A stretch of 64,000 bases of DNA from an uncultured Bacilli bacterium (GCA_944372425.1 CALVZC010000006.1:202-64201); one strand, 5' to 3'. Positions 30,276 through 40,692 are shown, counted from the stretch's first letter. Notes: generated by a model from the sequence alone, not told the origin. Translations and numbers: made by a program.

Positions 30276-30374
30276 ATAATAATTATTAATGTTTGCAAAA
30301 CACATTTATTTGATTTATTTCTTTTGATTTGATACAATTAACTTGTATTTATATACAATTAGAGGTGATTATTA

Positions 30375-31331
30375 TTGATAGAAGTTAGTATAATAGTTCC
30401 TGTTTATAATAAAGAAAAAGAACTGAGACGTTGTTTGGATTCATTAATAAGTCAAACTCTAAGCAATTTGGAGATTATAGTCATAGATGATAAGAGTACT
30501 GATGATAGTAAAAAAATTATAAAAGAATATCATGAAAAATATCCAAAGAAAGTAATTCCAATGTATAATGATAAAAACGAAGGAATTGGCTTTTGTAGAA
30601 ACAAAGGAATAAAAAAAGCAAAAGGAGAGTATCTTGGTTTTGTAGATGCTGATGATTATGTTGATTTTAAAATGTATGAAAAATATTTAGAATTTGCTAA
30701 AAATAATAGTTTAGAAATTGTAACAGGTTATTATATTAAATGTGGAATGATTAACGAACTATTTAAAAATGAATATTTTTCTATTGGTTCTTTAAAAGAA
30801 AACTCTGAATTATTATTAAAACTTGATTATGGACCTTGTAATAAACTTTTTAAAAAATCATTGATTATAGATAATAATATTTTATTTGAAGAAAAATTAA
30901 AATATGAAGATATGCCTTTTGTATTAAAAAGTCTTAAAAATGCTAATAAAATTGGTCATATAAATAAAGCTTATTATTATTATTATATTCATTCTAATAG
31001 TGAAACAACAACTGTAGATAAACGTGTATTTGATATATTTAAAATAATGAAAATTATAAATAAATATTATAGTGATTATGAAAATTTAGAGTGTCTAGAC
31101 GCATTAAATATTTTACAAATAACAAGATATATGGTACAACAGAGATATCAATGTAATCATAATATTGCAAATAGTTTTATTAATTATGGTTATCAATATT
31201 TGAATGCTATTAATAAAAATTGGAGGAAAAACAGATATTATCTTAAAGAAAATTTTCTTAAAAGAATAATTAAAAATAATAAATTTATTTTAAAAGTATA
31301 CTGTTTTTTTTACAAAATATTTAATAGATAG
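30375..31331 (+). CDS. Family 2 glycosyltransferase
   Basis: TTG start after GAGGTG. SIIVPVYNKEKEL...DD.S.D...DADD motifs. Confidence 0.85.
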   Translation: MIEVSIIVPVYNKEKELRRCLDSLISQTLSNLEIIVIDDKSTDDSKKIIKEYHEKYPKKVIPMYNDKNEGIGFCRNKGIKKAKGEYLGFVDADDYVDFKMYEKYLEFAKNNSLEIVTGYYIKCGMINELFKNEYFSIGSLKENSELLLKLDYGPCNKLFKKSLIIDNNILFEEKLKYEDMPFVLKSLKNANKIGHINKAYYYYYIHSNSETTTVDKRVFDIFKIMKIINKYYSDYENLECLDALNILQITRYMVQQRYQCNHNIANSFINYGYQYLNAINKNWRKNRYYLKENFLKRIIKNNKFILKVYCFFYKIFNR

Positions 31332-31369
31332 TATATTAGAAAAAAGCAAATAGAGGAAAGAGGTAAAAA

Positions 31370-32377
31370 ATGAAAAAAAGTATATTTAAAGATAAAATTT
31401 TATTAATAACAGGTGGAACGGGATCATTTGGTAATGCCGTTTTAAAACGTTTTTTGGATTCTGATTTAAAAGAAATTAGGATATTTTCAAGAGATGAAAA
31501 GAAACAAGAAGATATGCGTATTAAGTATAATAATGAAAAAATTAAATTTTATATTGGTGATGTAAGAGATTATCGAAGCGTTGAAGATGCTATGGATGGT
31601 GTTGATTATATCTTTCATGCTGCAGCTTTAAAACAAGTTCCTTCTTGTGAATTCTTCCCAATACAGGCTGTTGAAACAAATATTCTAGGAACAAATAATG
31701 TTTTAGAAGCAGCAATAAATAAAGGTGTTAAAAAGGTTATTGTATTAAGTACTGATAAGGCTGCATATCCAATTAATGCAATGGGAATGAGTAAAGCTCT
31801 TATGGAAAAGGTTGCAGTTGCTAAAGGAAGAAATTTAAAAGAAAATCAAACTGTTATTTGTAGAACTAGATATGGCAATGTTATGGCTTCACGTGGTAGT
31901 GTAATACCATTATTTTGCTCTCAAATAGAGGAAGGAAAGCCTTTGACAATTACTAATCCAGAAATGACTAGGTTTATGATGACTTTAGAAGATGCTGTTG
32001 ATTTAGTAATATATGCTTTTGAAAATGGAAAACAAGGAGATTTATTTGTTCAAAAAGCTCCTGCTGCAACGATAGATGTTCTGGCTCAGGCAGTAAAAGA
32101 ATTGAAGAAAAGTAATGCTCCTATTAAACATATCGGTTCACGTCATGGAGAAAAACTTTATGAGGTTTTAGTTACTAAAGAAGAAATGGTTAATGCTGAA
32201 GATTTGGGTGATTATTTTAGAATACCTGCTGATAATAGAAATTTAAATTATGCTAAATATGAGAATTTAGGAGATAAAGATTTAGATAAAATAGAAGAGT
32301 ATAATTCACATAATACTAAGAGACTAGATGTAGAAGGAATGAAGAAACTTTTGCTTAAACTAGATTTGTTTAAATAA
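31370..32377 (+). CDS. capE: UDP-GlcNAc 4,6-dehydratase/5-epimerase, CapE/FnlA type
   Basis: ILLITGGTGSFGNAVLKRFLDS..KEIRIFSRDEKKQ and STDKAAYPINAMGMSKA closely match my memory of S. aureus Cap5E. Confidence 0.88.
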   Translation: MKKSIFKDKILLITGGTGSFGNAVLKRFLDSDLKEIRIFSRDEKKQEDMRIKYNNEKIKFYIGDVRDYRSVEDAMDGVDYIFHAAALKQVPSCEFFPIQAVETNILGTNNVLEAAINKGVKKVIVLSTDKAAYPINAMGMSKALMEKVAVAKGRNLKENQTVICRTRYGNVMASRGSVIPLFCSQIEEGKPLTITNPEMTRFMMTLEDAVDLVIYAFENGKQGDLFVQKAPAATIDVLAQAVKELKKSNAPIKHIGSRHGEKLYEVLVTKEEMVNAEDLGDYFRIPADNRNLNYAKYENLGDKDLDKIEEYNSHNTKRLDVEGMKKLLLKLDLFK

Positions 32378-32403
32378 TATCTGTAATTATGTCAGGAGGT
32401 TTC

Positions 32404-33693
32404 ATGAAAAATATTTATAATATTTATTTAATGTTTGGTACTGTTCCAAGTTTATATGCTCAGATGAATATTTATATTGATGATAAACCAAGTGTTGTAT
32501 TTGTTAGGAGTAGTGGCTATTTTAATATTAAAAATAAACCTAGTAATTTAATCTTTTATGATGATTGTATTGGAAATGATTTAGTTTATTTATCTAAAGA
32601 TTATCAAAAAATAGTTGATAGTTTAAATAAAATAATTAGCAAAGATAAAAAAGCAAAATTTATAGTTTATATAGATGATAGTAGAGTCCAATTTTTATTA
32701 AAACCGTTTATTTTAGCAGATTGCTATGACAAAATAGAAAAAATCGTTATGATATCCGAGGGTAATATTACAGAGTATATGTATTCTGATATTGCGGAAA
32801 ATGATTTTGAATTTCAAGAAAAAAGATGGAATTTACTAATAAAAAGCATAAAAGATAATAATCAAGAATCTGAAAAAATGCTAGCAGAAATATCTAATTA
32901 TTGCTTTTATTTGTCTACAATTAACAATAATGAATTACTTTTACCATATTCAGAACTGTTAGAAAATAAAAATGTTTCTAAAGAATATAAGGAAAAAATG
33001 AATCTTAGAAATCTTGATTTACAAATGATGTTAGACAAAGTAGGAAAAAATATTTCTTTTGGAAAAGAAATAGAATCATTTAAGTTTGATGAAAAATCTA
33101 TTGTTATAATTGGTACTTATAATTTTTATGATAATAGTTTTTCAAAAGTCATTTACGAAAACTTAATTGATCAAGTTTTAGTTGATTATCCAGAATATAG
33201 CTTTTATTATAAAGCACATCCGTTGTATCCTGTCGAGAATAATGCCGAACTTTCTAGTTATTTTAAAAGTAGAAAAATTAAAGTTATACCTGAAAAAATT
33301 CCATTAGAAGTTTTATTATATAGGAATAAAAATGTTTCTATAGGAGGTTTTTGTAGTTCTATTCATTCTTTAATATCATTAAATAGAATTAAATTTATGT
33401 TTGGTGAATTTATTGGCTTTTCTAAGCTTTTGAAAAAGAATAATTTATTAAAAGTTAAAGTTTATAATGTTGAAATATCTCAAAAAATTGCTGACGCTTC
33501 TTTAAAAATTTATTATAATAGTCAGTCAAAATTTGGAATAGTTGATTATCATAGTATGCAGATTGAAAATTTAAATAATAAAGTTTATGAATTAACAGAT
33601 AAAATAAATTCCTTAGAAGAAAAATTAAATAAAATTGGTATAAAAAATAATTTAAGAAGAATAAAAAATAAATTTATAAAGAGGAGTAAATAA
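32404..33693 (+). CDS. Putative CMP-ulosonic-acid-dependent glycosyltransferase (sialyl/beta-Kdo-transferase-like) with a C-terminal coiled coil
   Basis: ATG 7 nt after AGGAGG. Has KAHPLYP (HP motif) and SEG (D/E-D/E-G-like). C-terminal heptad segment NLNNKVYELTDKINSLEEKLNKI. Lies in the same locus as a KdsB-type gene. Confidence 0.4.
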   Translation: MKNIYNIYLMFGTVPSLYAQMNIYIDDKPSVVFVRSSGYFNIKNKPSNLIFYDDCIGNDLVYLSKDYQKIVDSLNKIISKDKKAKFIVYIDDSRVQFLLKPFILADCYDKIEKIVMISEGNITEYMYSDIAENDFEFQEKRWNLLIKSIKDNNQESEKMLAEISNYCFYLSTINNNELLLPYSELLENKNVSKEYKEKMNLRNLDLQMMLDKVGKNISFGKEIESFKFDEKSIVIIGTYNFYDNSFSKVIYENLIDQVLVDYPEYSFYYKAHPLYPVENNAELSSYFKSRKIKVIPEKIPLEVLLYRNKNVSIGGFCSSIHSLISLNRIKFMFGEFIGFSKLLKKNNLLKVKVYNVEISQKIADASLKIYYNSQSKFGIVDYHSMQIENLNNKVYELTDKINSLEEKLNKIGIKNNLRRIKNKFIKRSK

Positions 33694-33694
33694 T

Positions 33695-34792
33695 ATGAAT
33701 GTTTTAGTTACTGGTTCAAAAGGGTTTATTGGTAAAAATTTATTAGTATATTTAAGAGAAAAAAAAGATGTTAGAATTTATGAATACGATATAGAAAATA
33801 ATTTTGATGATATTGTAAAAATTATTGATGATATTGATTTTATTTATCATTTTGCTGGTGTAAATAGACCAAAAGATGTTAAAGAGTTTTATGAAGGAAA
33901 TTCTGATTTAACAGTATCTATAGTTGATTTACTTAATAGTAGAAATAAAAATATTCCTTTGGTATATGCTTCTAGTATTCAAGCTGATTTAGATAACGAT
34001 TATGGTAAAAGTAAAAAGAAAGCTGAAGATTATATAAGAAATAATTATTCTAATGGTATTATTTATAGATTTCATAATGTTTTTGGAAAATGGTGCAAGC
34101 CAAATTATAATTCAGTAATAGCAACATTTTGTTATAATATTTCTCACGATTTGGAAATTAACATTACCGATAGAGAAAAAGAAATAGAATTAGTTTATAT
34201 AGATGATATATGTGAAACATTAGTTACACTATTAGATAATTGTGTCGATGTAAGCAAAGATATTAATTATGTATTTCCACGTTATAAAAAAACATTAGGT
34301 GAGTTGGCAGATACATTATATGTATTTAAAGAATGCATGAATTCAATCTATGTACCAAAAACAGGAGATCCTTTTATAAAAAAATTGTTTGCTACTTATG
34401 TTAGCTATGTTGAGCTTCATAACATGGTTACTGATATAAAGACAAATGTAGATAATCGTGGAAGTTTCAGCGAATTAGTTAGAACAAATGATAGTGGCCA
34501 ATTTTCAGTATCTTTTTCAAAACCTGGGATTGTAAGAGGAAATCATTATCACAATACAAAAATGGAAAGATTTATTGTTATAAAAGGAAAAGCTAAAATT
34601 AGTTTTAAGAAAGTTAATAGTGATGAACATATAGAATTTACTGTTAGTGAGGATAAATTGCAAGTTGTTACGATACCTGTTGGTTATACTCATAATATTG
34701 AAAATATTGGGGATAATGAAATGATTTTATTTATATGGTGTAATGAACTTTTTGATCAAAGTCATCCAGATACATATTTTATGGAGGTATAA
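33695..34792 (+). CDS. capF: CapF/FnlB-type bifunctional reductase (SDR N-domain plus cupin C-domain)
   Basis: VTGSKGFIGKNL, GKWCKPNYNSVIATFCYNI, GNHYHNTK...IPVGYTHNIEN and QSHPDTYFMEV match my memory of Cap5F. Confidence 0.88.
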   Translation: MNVLVTGSKGFIGKNLLVYLREKKDVRIYEYDIENNFDDIVKIIDDIDFIYHFAGVNRPKDVKEFYEGNSDLTVSIVDLLNSRNKNIPLVYASSIQADLDNDYGKSKKKAEDYIRNNYSNGIIYRFHNVFGKWCKPNYNSVIATFCYNISHDLEINITDREKEIELVYIDDICETLVTLLDNCVDVSKDINYVFPRYKKTLGELADTLYVFKECMNSIYVPKTGDPFIKKLFATYVSYVELHNMVTDIKTNVDNRGSFSELVRTNDSGQFSVSFSKPGIVRGNHYHNTKMERFIVIKGKAKISFKKVNSDEHIEFTVSEDKLQVVTIPVGYTHNIENIGDNEMILFIWCNELFDQSHPDTYFMEV

Positions 34793-34793
34793 C

Positions 34794-35915
34794 ATGAGTA
34801 AGTTAAAAGTCATGGTAGTTGTTGGAACAAGACCAGAAATAATTAGATTGAGTGAAACTATTAAAGCAATAGATAAATATTTTAATTTAGTTTTAGTCCA
34901 TACTGGGCAAAACTATGATTACACATTAAATGAAGTGTTTTTTGAAGAATTTGGACTAAGAAAGCCTGATTATTATTTATCAACGCCAGGAAAACATTTA
35001 GGAGAAACAGTTGGAAATATTATTTCTAAATCTTATGAAGTAATTAGTAAAGAAAAACCAGATGCTATGTTAGTTTTAGGAGATACTAACAGTTGTTTAG
35101 CTGCTTATTCCGCTAAAAGATTAAAAGTTCCTATTTTTCATATGGAAGCAGGAAATCGTTGTTTTGATTTTAATGTTCCAGAAGAGATTAATAGGAGAGT
35201 AGTAGACCATTTAAGTGATGTCAATCTTGCTTATACAGAAAATGCTAGAAGATATTTGATAAATGAAGGAATTAAAAATGATTTTCTATATGTTACTGGT
35301 TCTCCTATGAAGGAAGTAATTTTTAGCAATATGAAAAATATTGAAAAGTCTGATGTTTTAAAAAAATTAGGTTTAACTAAAAATAAATATTTTGTTGTTA
35401 GTGCTCATCGTGAAGAAAATGTTGATATTAAAGATAATTTTAATAGTTTAATGAATAGTCTTAATAAAGTTGCTGATACTTATAAGATTCCAATTATCTT
35501 TTCAACACATCCAAGAACAGCAAAAAGAATAAAAGAAAGTAATATTGTTTTAAATCCTTTAATAAAAAATATGGAACCATTAGGCTTTTTTGAATATGTA
35601 AAATTACAAATGAATGCTTTTTGTGTTTTGTCAGATAGTGGTACTATACCTGAAGAAAGTGATATTTTGAATTTTCCAGGTGTATCTTTAAGAACAAGTA
35701 CTGAAAGACCAGAAGCACTTGATGCTGGTAGTATAGTTTTAGGTGGGATAAATGAAAAAGATATTTTAAGCTCAATCGAATTAGCAATTAATTCTAGAAA
35801 AGATAGAGAAGAAAATTTAGTTAGAGATTATAAAGATACTAATGTATCATTAAAAGTAGTTAAAATAATTCAAAGTTATTATAATATTGTAAATATTAGA
35901 ACTTGGAAAAAATAA
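34794..35915 (+). CDS. capG: UDP-N-acetylglucosamine 2-epimerase (non-hydrolysing), CapG/FnlC type
   Basis: MSKLKVMVVVGTRPEIIRLS start. The track's 34743 start lies inside capF. Confidence 0.9.
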   Translation: MSKLKVMVVVGTRPEIIRLSETIKAIDKYFNLVLVHTGQNYDYTLNEVFFEEFGLRKPDYYLSTPGKHLGETVGNIISKSYEVISKEKPDAMLVLGDTNSCLAAYSAKRLKVPIFHMEAGNRCFDFNVPEEINRRVVDHLSDVNLAYTENARRYLINEGIKNDFLYVTGSPMKEVIFSNMKNIEKSDVLKKLGLTKNKYFVVSAHREENVDIKDNFNSLMNSLNKVADTYKIPIIFSTHPRTAKRIKESNIVLNPLIKNMEPLGFFEYVKLQMNAFCVLSDSGTIPEESDILNFPGVSLRTSTERPEALDAGSIVLGGINEKDILSSIELAINSRKDREENLVRDYKDTNVSLKVVKIIQSYYNIVNIRTWKK

Positions 35916-35933
35916 TTATAGTGAGGTGTTATT

Positions 35934-36668
35934 ATGAAGGTTATAGGAGTAATTCCAGCAAGATATAAATCAAGTAGATTAGAGGGTAAACCTTTAAAAG
36001 ATATTTGTGGAAAGCCAATGATTTGGTGGGTTTACCAAAAAGTTTTAAAAGTAAAGGAAATTGATGAAGTTTATGTAGCAACTGATGACGAAAGAATAAT
36101 GAACACTTGCAAAGAGTTAAATATAAATGCTATTATGACAAGAGACGATCATAAAATGATGCTTGAAAGAGTATGGGAAGTATCTGAAAAAATTCCTGGA
36201 GATATTTATGTTTCTGTAGCAGGTGATGAACCTTTGATTGAACCAGAAAACATTGCAAAAGTAATTAAACCTTTATTAAAAGATAAAAATTTACTTGTTT
36301 CAAACTTGAAGACTAAAATAACTAATCCAGTAGATTTAGTAAATTGGACAACAATGAAGGTTGTTTGTAATGAGCAAAATGATATTATCCTTGCATCACG
36401 TTCTCCAATCCCATATCCAAAGGCAACAACAGAAGTTATTTATTACAAACATATGGGAACTTATGCTTTAAGAAAAGAAGCTTTAAATTTTTTCTATAAT
36501 AAGGAAAAAGGAAATATTGAATCAATTGAAGACTTTGATTTATTAAGATTTTTAGAAAATCATATTACTGTTAGAGCTGTCGAAGTTAAATCACAAACAG
36601 TATCTGTTGATACTCCAAAAGATTTAGAAAGAGTCAGAGATATTATAAATAAAAACATGAATAGGTGA
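35934..36668 (+). CDS. kdsB: KdsB-family cytidylyltransferase (CMP-Kdo synthetase-like)
   Basis: IPARYKSSRLEGKPLKDICGKPMI, GDEPLIEP and VDTPKDLERVR align with E. coli KdsB as I recall it. The H.SGT.R segment is altered to HKMMLER. Confidence 0.65.
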   Translation: MKVIGVIPARYKSSRLEGKPLKDICGKPMIWWVYQKVLKVKEIDEVYVATDDERIMNTCKELNINAIMTRDDHKMMLERVWEVSEKIPGDIYVSVAGDEPLIEPENIAKVIKPLLKDKNLLVSNLKTKITNPVDLVNWTTMKVVCNEQNDIILASRSPIPYPKATTEVIYYKHMGTYALRKEALNFFYNKEKGNIESIEDFDLLRFLENHITVRAVEVKSQTVSVDTPKDLERVRDIINKNMNR

Positions 36669-36672
36669 TGTT

Positions 36673-39600
36673 ATGAAAGAAAAAATATTACTTTTAACTG
36701 ATATACCACCATGTACAAATTATACTGGTGGAATAATGCTTTCACAATTAGTTAGATTTTTAATAGAAGAAAAAATAGAAGTTGAATATTATTCTATTGA
36801 AGATCCGTATTTGAATGCTAAAATAGATACAACTGTAAGTGATGAGGTAAAGTTAATTAGAGTTAATAGGCCTAATGAGATTATTTCTAAAAAGAATACA
36901 TACAACAATTTTAGTAAAAAATTAAAAGCAGTTATAAAATCCGTAAAAAATTATATTAGTAGTAATAGTTTTTCTAAGATTTGGATTGTAATTCAAGGGG
37001 AGGTTATGACTGAAATAGCATACCATATTATGAATGATAAAAATTATAAATATATTGTTCAAATATGGGATCCAATAGAATGGTGGACTAAGGAGCATAA
37101 ATTCGATAAAGAAAGAGAAAAAAAAGTATTAAATAAGCATGACGAAGTGTTAAAAAATGCTGAATGTTGTATTACTACTTCAGAAGCAATGACTGAATAT
37201 TTTAATAAAAAATTAGGGATAAATTGTATAGAGGTTATGCCACCATTAAAAAAAGTTAATTTTGTATCATCTAAAACAAAAAAAGAAAAAGATAAATTTG
37301 TTATTGCTATGAGTGGACAAGTATATTCGCAAGATGAATTAGAAGCTTTATTTCTAGCTTTAGATAGTATGTCATGGAAGATTGGAGATAAGAACATCTA
37401 TTTTGAGCATTATGGTAGTTGGTATAATAGTCAAGATTTTATTAATGAAAGAGAGAAATATAAAGATAGAATAATTTGTCATGGATTTGTTCATCAGTCT
37501 ATGTTATTAAGTTATTTGAGCAATGCAGATTTGTTATATTGCCCATACTTTTTTTCTAAGGATAAAGCGTTAAAAAAAGTTTCAGAATTATCATTTCCAA
37601 GTAAATTAATTACTTATTTATCTTTAGATGTTCCAGTTTTGATGCATGGACCAAATTATGCAAGTCCAGTAAAATTTCTAGAAAAGTATAACGCTGGATA
37701 TGTAATAACTAGTGATAATCCTAATGATATAGCTAAAAAATTAACTAATATAGCTAGTTTAAATTCAAAAGAAATCTTAATTAATGCTAGAAAAGTTTTT
37801 GAATCTAATTTTACTTATGAAGTAGTAAAAAATAACTTTTTTAAAGCATTGAATATTGGCTATGATAATGAGAAAAAGTTACATATTTTAGAAGTAAATA
37901 ATGTTGATTTATCTGGTAGAAGATTTAATGGTTACGATTTGTCAGAAGAAATTAATACAACGACAAATAATCAAGCAAGACAAATAGTAGTATATAAATC
38001 TTCAGATAATGATGATGTTAAAACTTTTTATCCAAATAATAGGGGTATATCTTTAGATTGGTCTTTAATTGAGAATGAACAAAAAGAACTGTCTGTTCAT
38101 TCTCAATTGTCACTAACTTCTAATGTTCTAAAAAATAATGATTATTTTATAAATGCTGATTTAGTACATTACCATTTGATTCATAATACAAAATTATCTT
38201 TGTATCAAATGATAGAACTATGTTCTAATAAGCCATCTGTATTTACTTTTCATGATCAATGGAATTTTACCGGTAGATGTGTTAATCCACAAGAATGTGA
38301 AAAATGGAAAACAGGGTGTCACAATTGCCAATATTTAAATACATTATTTCCTTTTTTAGAAGATAATTGTCATTCGCTATGGAAATTAAAAAAATATGTA
38401 TATGAGAACTTAGATGTTGACATTGTAGTAAGCACTAAGTTTATGAAAGAAATGATTGAAACTTCACCTTTGACTAAGTGTTTTAAACATGTTCATGTTA
38501 TCCCATTTGGAATAGATTTGGAAAAATTTAAAAAAAAACTAACAAAAGAAGAAGCAAGAAAAAAATTAAAATTACCTGTTGATGATGTTGTAATTTTTTT
38601 CCGTTCACAAATGGCTGCTAAAGGAACAGAATATATAGTTGATGCGATGAAACAATTAAAAACTAATAAAAAGATAACATTATTAAGTTGTAGTGAAATT
38701 GGAAATTTAGACTCTTTAAAAGACAAATATAATGTCGTTGATTTAGGAAATATCGACAATGATAAAATGTTTCTTGCATACGATGCTTGTGATTTCTTTC
38801 TAATGCCATCACGAGGTGAAAGTTTTGGACTTATGGCAATAGAAGCAATGGCTTTTTCTAAAACTGTTGTTGTATTTAATAATACATCTTTACCAGAGGT
38901 TACTTTTGCCCCTGATTGTGGTGTTTTAGTTGAAAATAAAAACTCTAAAAAGTTAATGGAAGCTATAAAGATGTTAATTGATAATCCAGACGAATGTGAA
39001 AGACGTGGAAATTTAGGTAGAAAATTAGCAGAAGAACATTATGATATTAAGCTTTATAATGAACGCATTAAAAAAATGTATGATGAAGCCTATAAACGCC
39101 AGAAAGATAAACCTGTTAAGATACAAGATATGAAAATTGATTATAATTTAATTGATGTTAAAGTTTTAGCATATAAATTAAAAAAGATCTATAAAAATAT
39201 GTATCATATTGATATGAAAGATGATATATTTAAAAATATTAAGGAAATAAGTTTACCAAATTATAAAATAGATTATTCAAATATAAATGTTCAAAATCTT
39301 ATATATCAATTTAACTTAAGTATATATAAAAAGTATTTAGAAATCGAAGCAAGTAAAACTAATAAATATACAAAAGGCTTTTTCAACATGTTAAGGTATG
39401 ATAGAGAGCATCTTTTAGTAGCAATAGATAATAGATTGAAAAAAATTCCAGTTTTGTATCCAATTATAAAAATAATTGCTAATGTTTTGTACTTTGTTTA
39501 TAGAATATTTAGGAGATTAAAGCGTATTCTATTTAATGACTATGCAAATAAAGCTAAAAAAGATATTGAAGAATTAAATAAAGTTATAGATAATCTAAGT

Positions 39601-39687
39601 GAAGAAATAGCATCTTTAAAATATGAAAATGAATTACTTAATAATGAAATCTTGCAATTAAAGAAGAAAAGTAATAAGAAGGTGTAA
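36673..39687 (+). CDS. Large dual-domain glycosyltransferase (two GT-B/GT4-like modules) with a hydrophobic/coiled-coil C-terminal tail
   Basis: 1004 aa. GESFGLMAIEAMA EX7E-type motif in module 2. Hydrophobic segment IPVLYPIIKIIANVLYFVY and heptads near the C-terminus. Confidence 0.7.
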   Translation: MKEKILLLTDIPPCTNYTGGIMLSQLVRFLIEEKIEVEYYSIEDPYLNAKIDTTVSDEVKLIRVNRPNEIISKKNTYNNFSKKLKAVIKSVKNYISSNSFSKIWIVIQGEVMTEIAYHIMNDKNYKYIVQIWDPIEWWTKEHKFDKEREKKVLNKHDEVLKNAECCITTSEAMTEYFNKKLGINCIEVMPPLKKVNFVSSKTKKEKDKFVIAMSGQVYSQDELEALFLALDSMSWKIGDKNIYFEHYGSWYNSQDFINEREKYKDRIICHGFVHQSMLLSYLSNADLLYCPYFFSKDKALKKVSELSFPSKLITYLSLDVPVLMHGPNYASPVKFLEKYNAGYVITSDNPNDIAKKLTNIASLNSKEILINARKVFESNFTYEVVKNNFFKALNIGYDNEKKLHILEVNNVDLSGRRFNGYDLSEEINTTTNNQARQIVVYKSSDNDDVKTFYPNNRGISLDWSLIENEQKELSVHSQLSLTSNVLKNNDYFINADLVHYHLIHNTKLSLYQMIELCSNKPSVFTFHDQWNFTGRCVNPQECEKWKTGCHNCQYLNTLFPFLEDNCHSLWKLKKYVYENLDVDIVVSTKFMKEMIETSPLTKCFKHVHVIPFGIDLEKFKKKLTKEEARKKLKLPVDDVVIFFRSQMAAKGTEYIVDAMKQLKTNKKITLLSCSEIGNLDSLKDKYNVVDLGNIDNDKMFLAYDACDFFLMPSRGESFGLMAIEAMAFSKTVVVFNNTSLPEVTFAPDCGVLVENKNSKKLMEAIKMLIDNPDECERRGNLGRKLAEEHYDIKLYNERIKKMYDEAYKRQKDKPVKIQDMKIDYNLIDVKVLAYKLKKIYKNMYHIDMKDDIFKNIKEISLPNYKIDYSNINVQNLIYQFNLSIYKKYLEIEASKTNKYTKGFFNMLRYDREHLLVAIDNRLKKIPVLYPIIKIIANVLYFVYRIFRRLKRILFNDYANKAKKDIEELNKVIDNLSEEIASLKYENELLNNEILQLKKKSNKKV

Positions 39688-40692
39688 TTGATGAAAAAGC
39701 CAAAAGTATCAATAATAATACCTGTATATAATGGTTCATTATATTTAGAAGAAGCTATTGAATCAGCAATTAATCAAACTTATTGCAATATAGAGGTTAT
39801 TGTTGTTAATGATGGTAGCAATGATAATAATAAAACTAGATTAATTGCCGAAAAATATAAAAATAAAATTAAATATTTTGAGAAAGAAAATGGCGGTGTT
39901 TCAACAGCTTTAAATTTAGGTATTAAAAAGATGACAGGAAGTTATTTTTCTTGGCTAAGTCATGATGATAAATATAAGCCGGATAAAATAGAAAAGCAAA
40001 TTAAATATTTATTTGATAATAATTTATTAAATAGTAATGTTATATTATATGGTGATTTTGAGGCAATAGATAAAAAATCAAAGTATTTATGGACAGAAAG
40101 AAAAGATCATAATATTTCTATTGATAAACCTGAATATATTCTTTTAAGGGGACAAATAAATGGTATTACTTTATTGATACCAAAGAAGGCTTTTGATGAT
40201 TGTGGTTTATTTGATGAAAAACTTCGTTGCACTCAAGATTATGAGCTTTGGAATAAGATGTGTAGTAAATACAAATTTATTCATTTACCTTATATTGTTG
40301 CTGAGTCTAGATTTCATCCTAATCAAGTAACTAATAAAAGTCCGTTAGTCATTACTGAAGGAAATAAATTATGGTTAAAACTAATTAAAAATGTTCCTGA
40401 TAATAGAAAAAAAGAATTGGAAGGATCATTATATGCCTTCTATATGGAAATGCTAAATTTTATTAAAGATTCTGGATATGATGAAGTTATATCCTATTGT
40501 AGAAAACAAGTTGAAAAAATGGAAGATAATATTAAGTATAATGATGATGTAATTAATTATCAAAAAAGAAAAAAAAATGAAACTATTAGAAAAGACAATA
40601 AGAGCATAACAAAAAAAATAAAATTATCTATAAAGACTGTTGGAGTAAGAAAAACATTAAAAAAGATTATTGATAAATTTAATAAAAGTTAG
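39688..40692 (+). CDS. Family 2 glycosyltransferase
   Basis: VSIIIPVYNGSLYLEEAIES...NDGS.D motif. An ATG at 39691 is an alternative start. Confidence 0.85.
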   Translation: MMKKPKVSIIIPVYNGSLYLEEAIESAINQTYCNIEVIVVNDGSNDNNKTRLIAEKYKNKIKYFEKENGGVSTALNLGIKKMTGSYFSWLSHDDKYKPDKIEKQIKYLFDNNLLNSNVILYGDFEAIDKKSKYLWTERKDHNISIDKPEYILLRGQINGITLLIPKKAFDDCGLFDEKLRCTQDYELWNKMCSKYKFIHLPYIVAESRFHPNQVTNKSPLVITEGNKLWLKLIKNVPDNRKKELEGSLYAFYMEMLNFIKDSGYDEVISYCRKQVEKMEDNIKYNDDVINYQKRKKNETIRKDNKSITKKIKLSIKTVGVRKTLKKIIDKFNKS

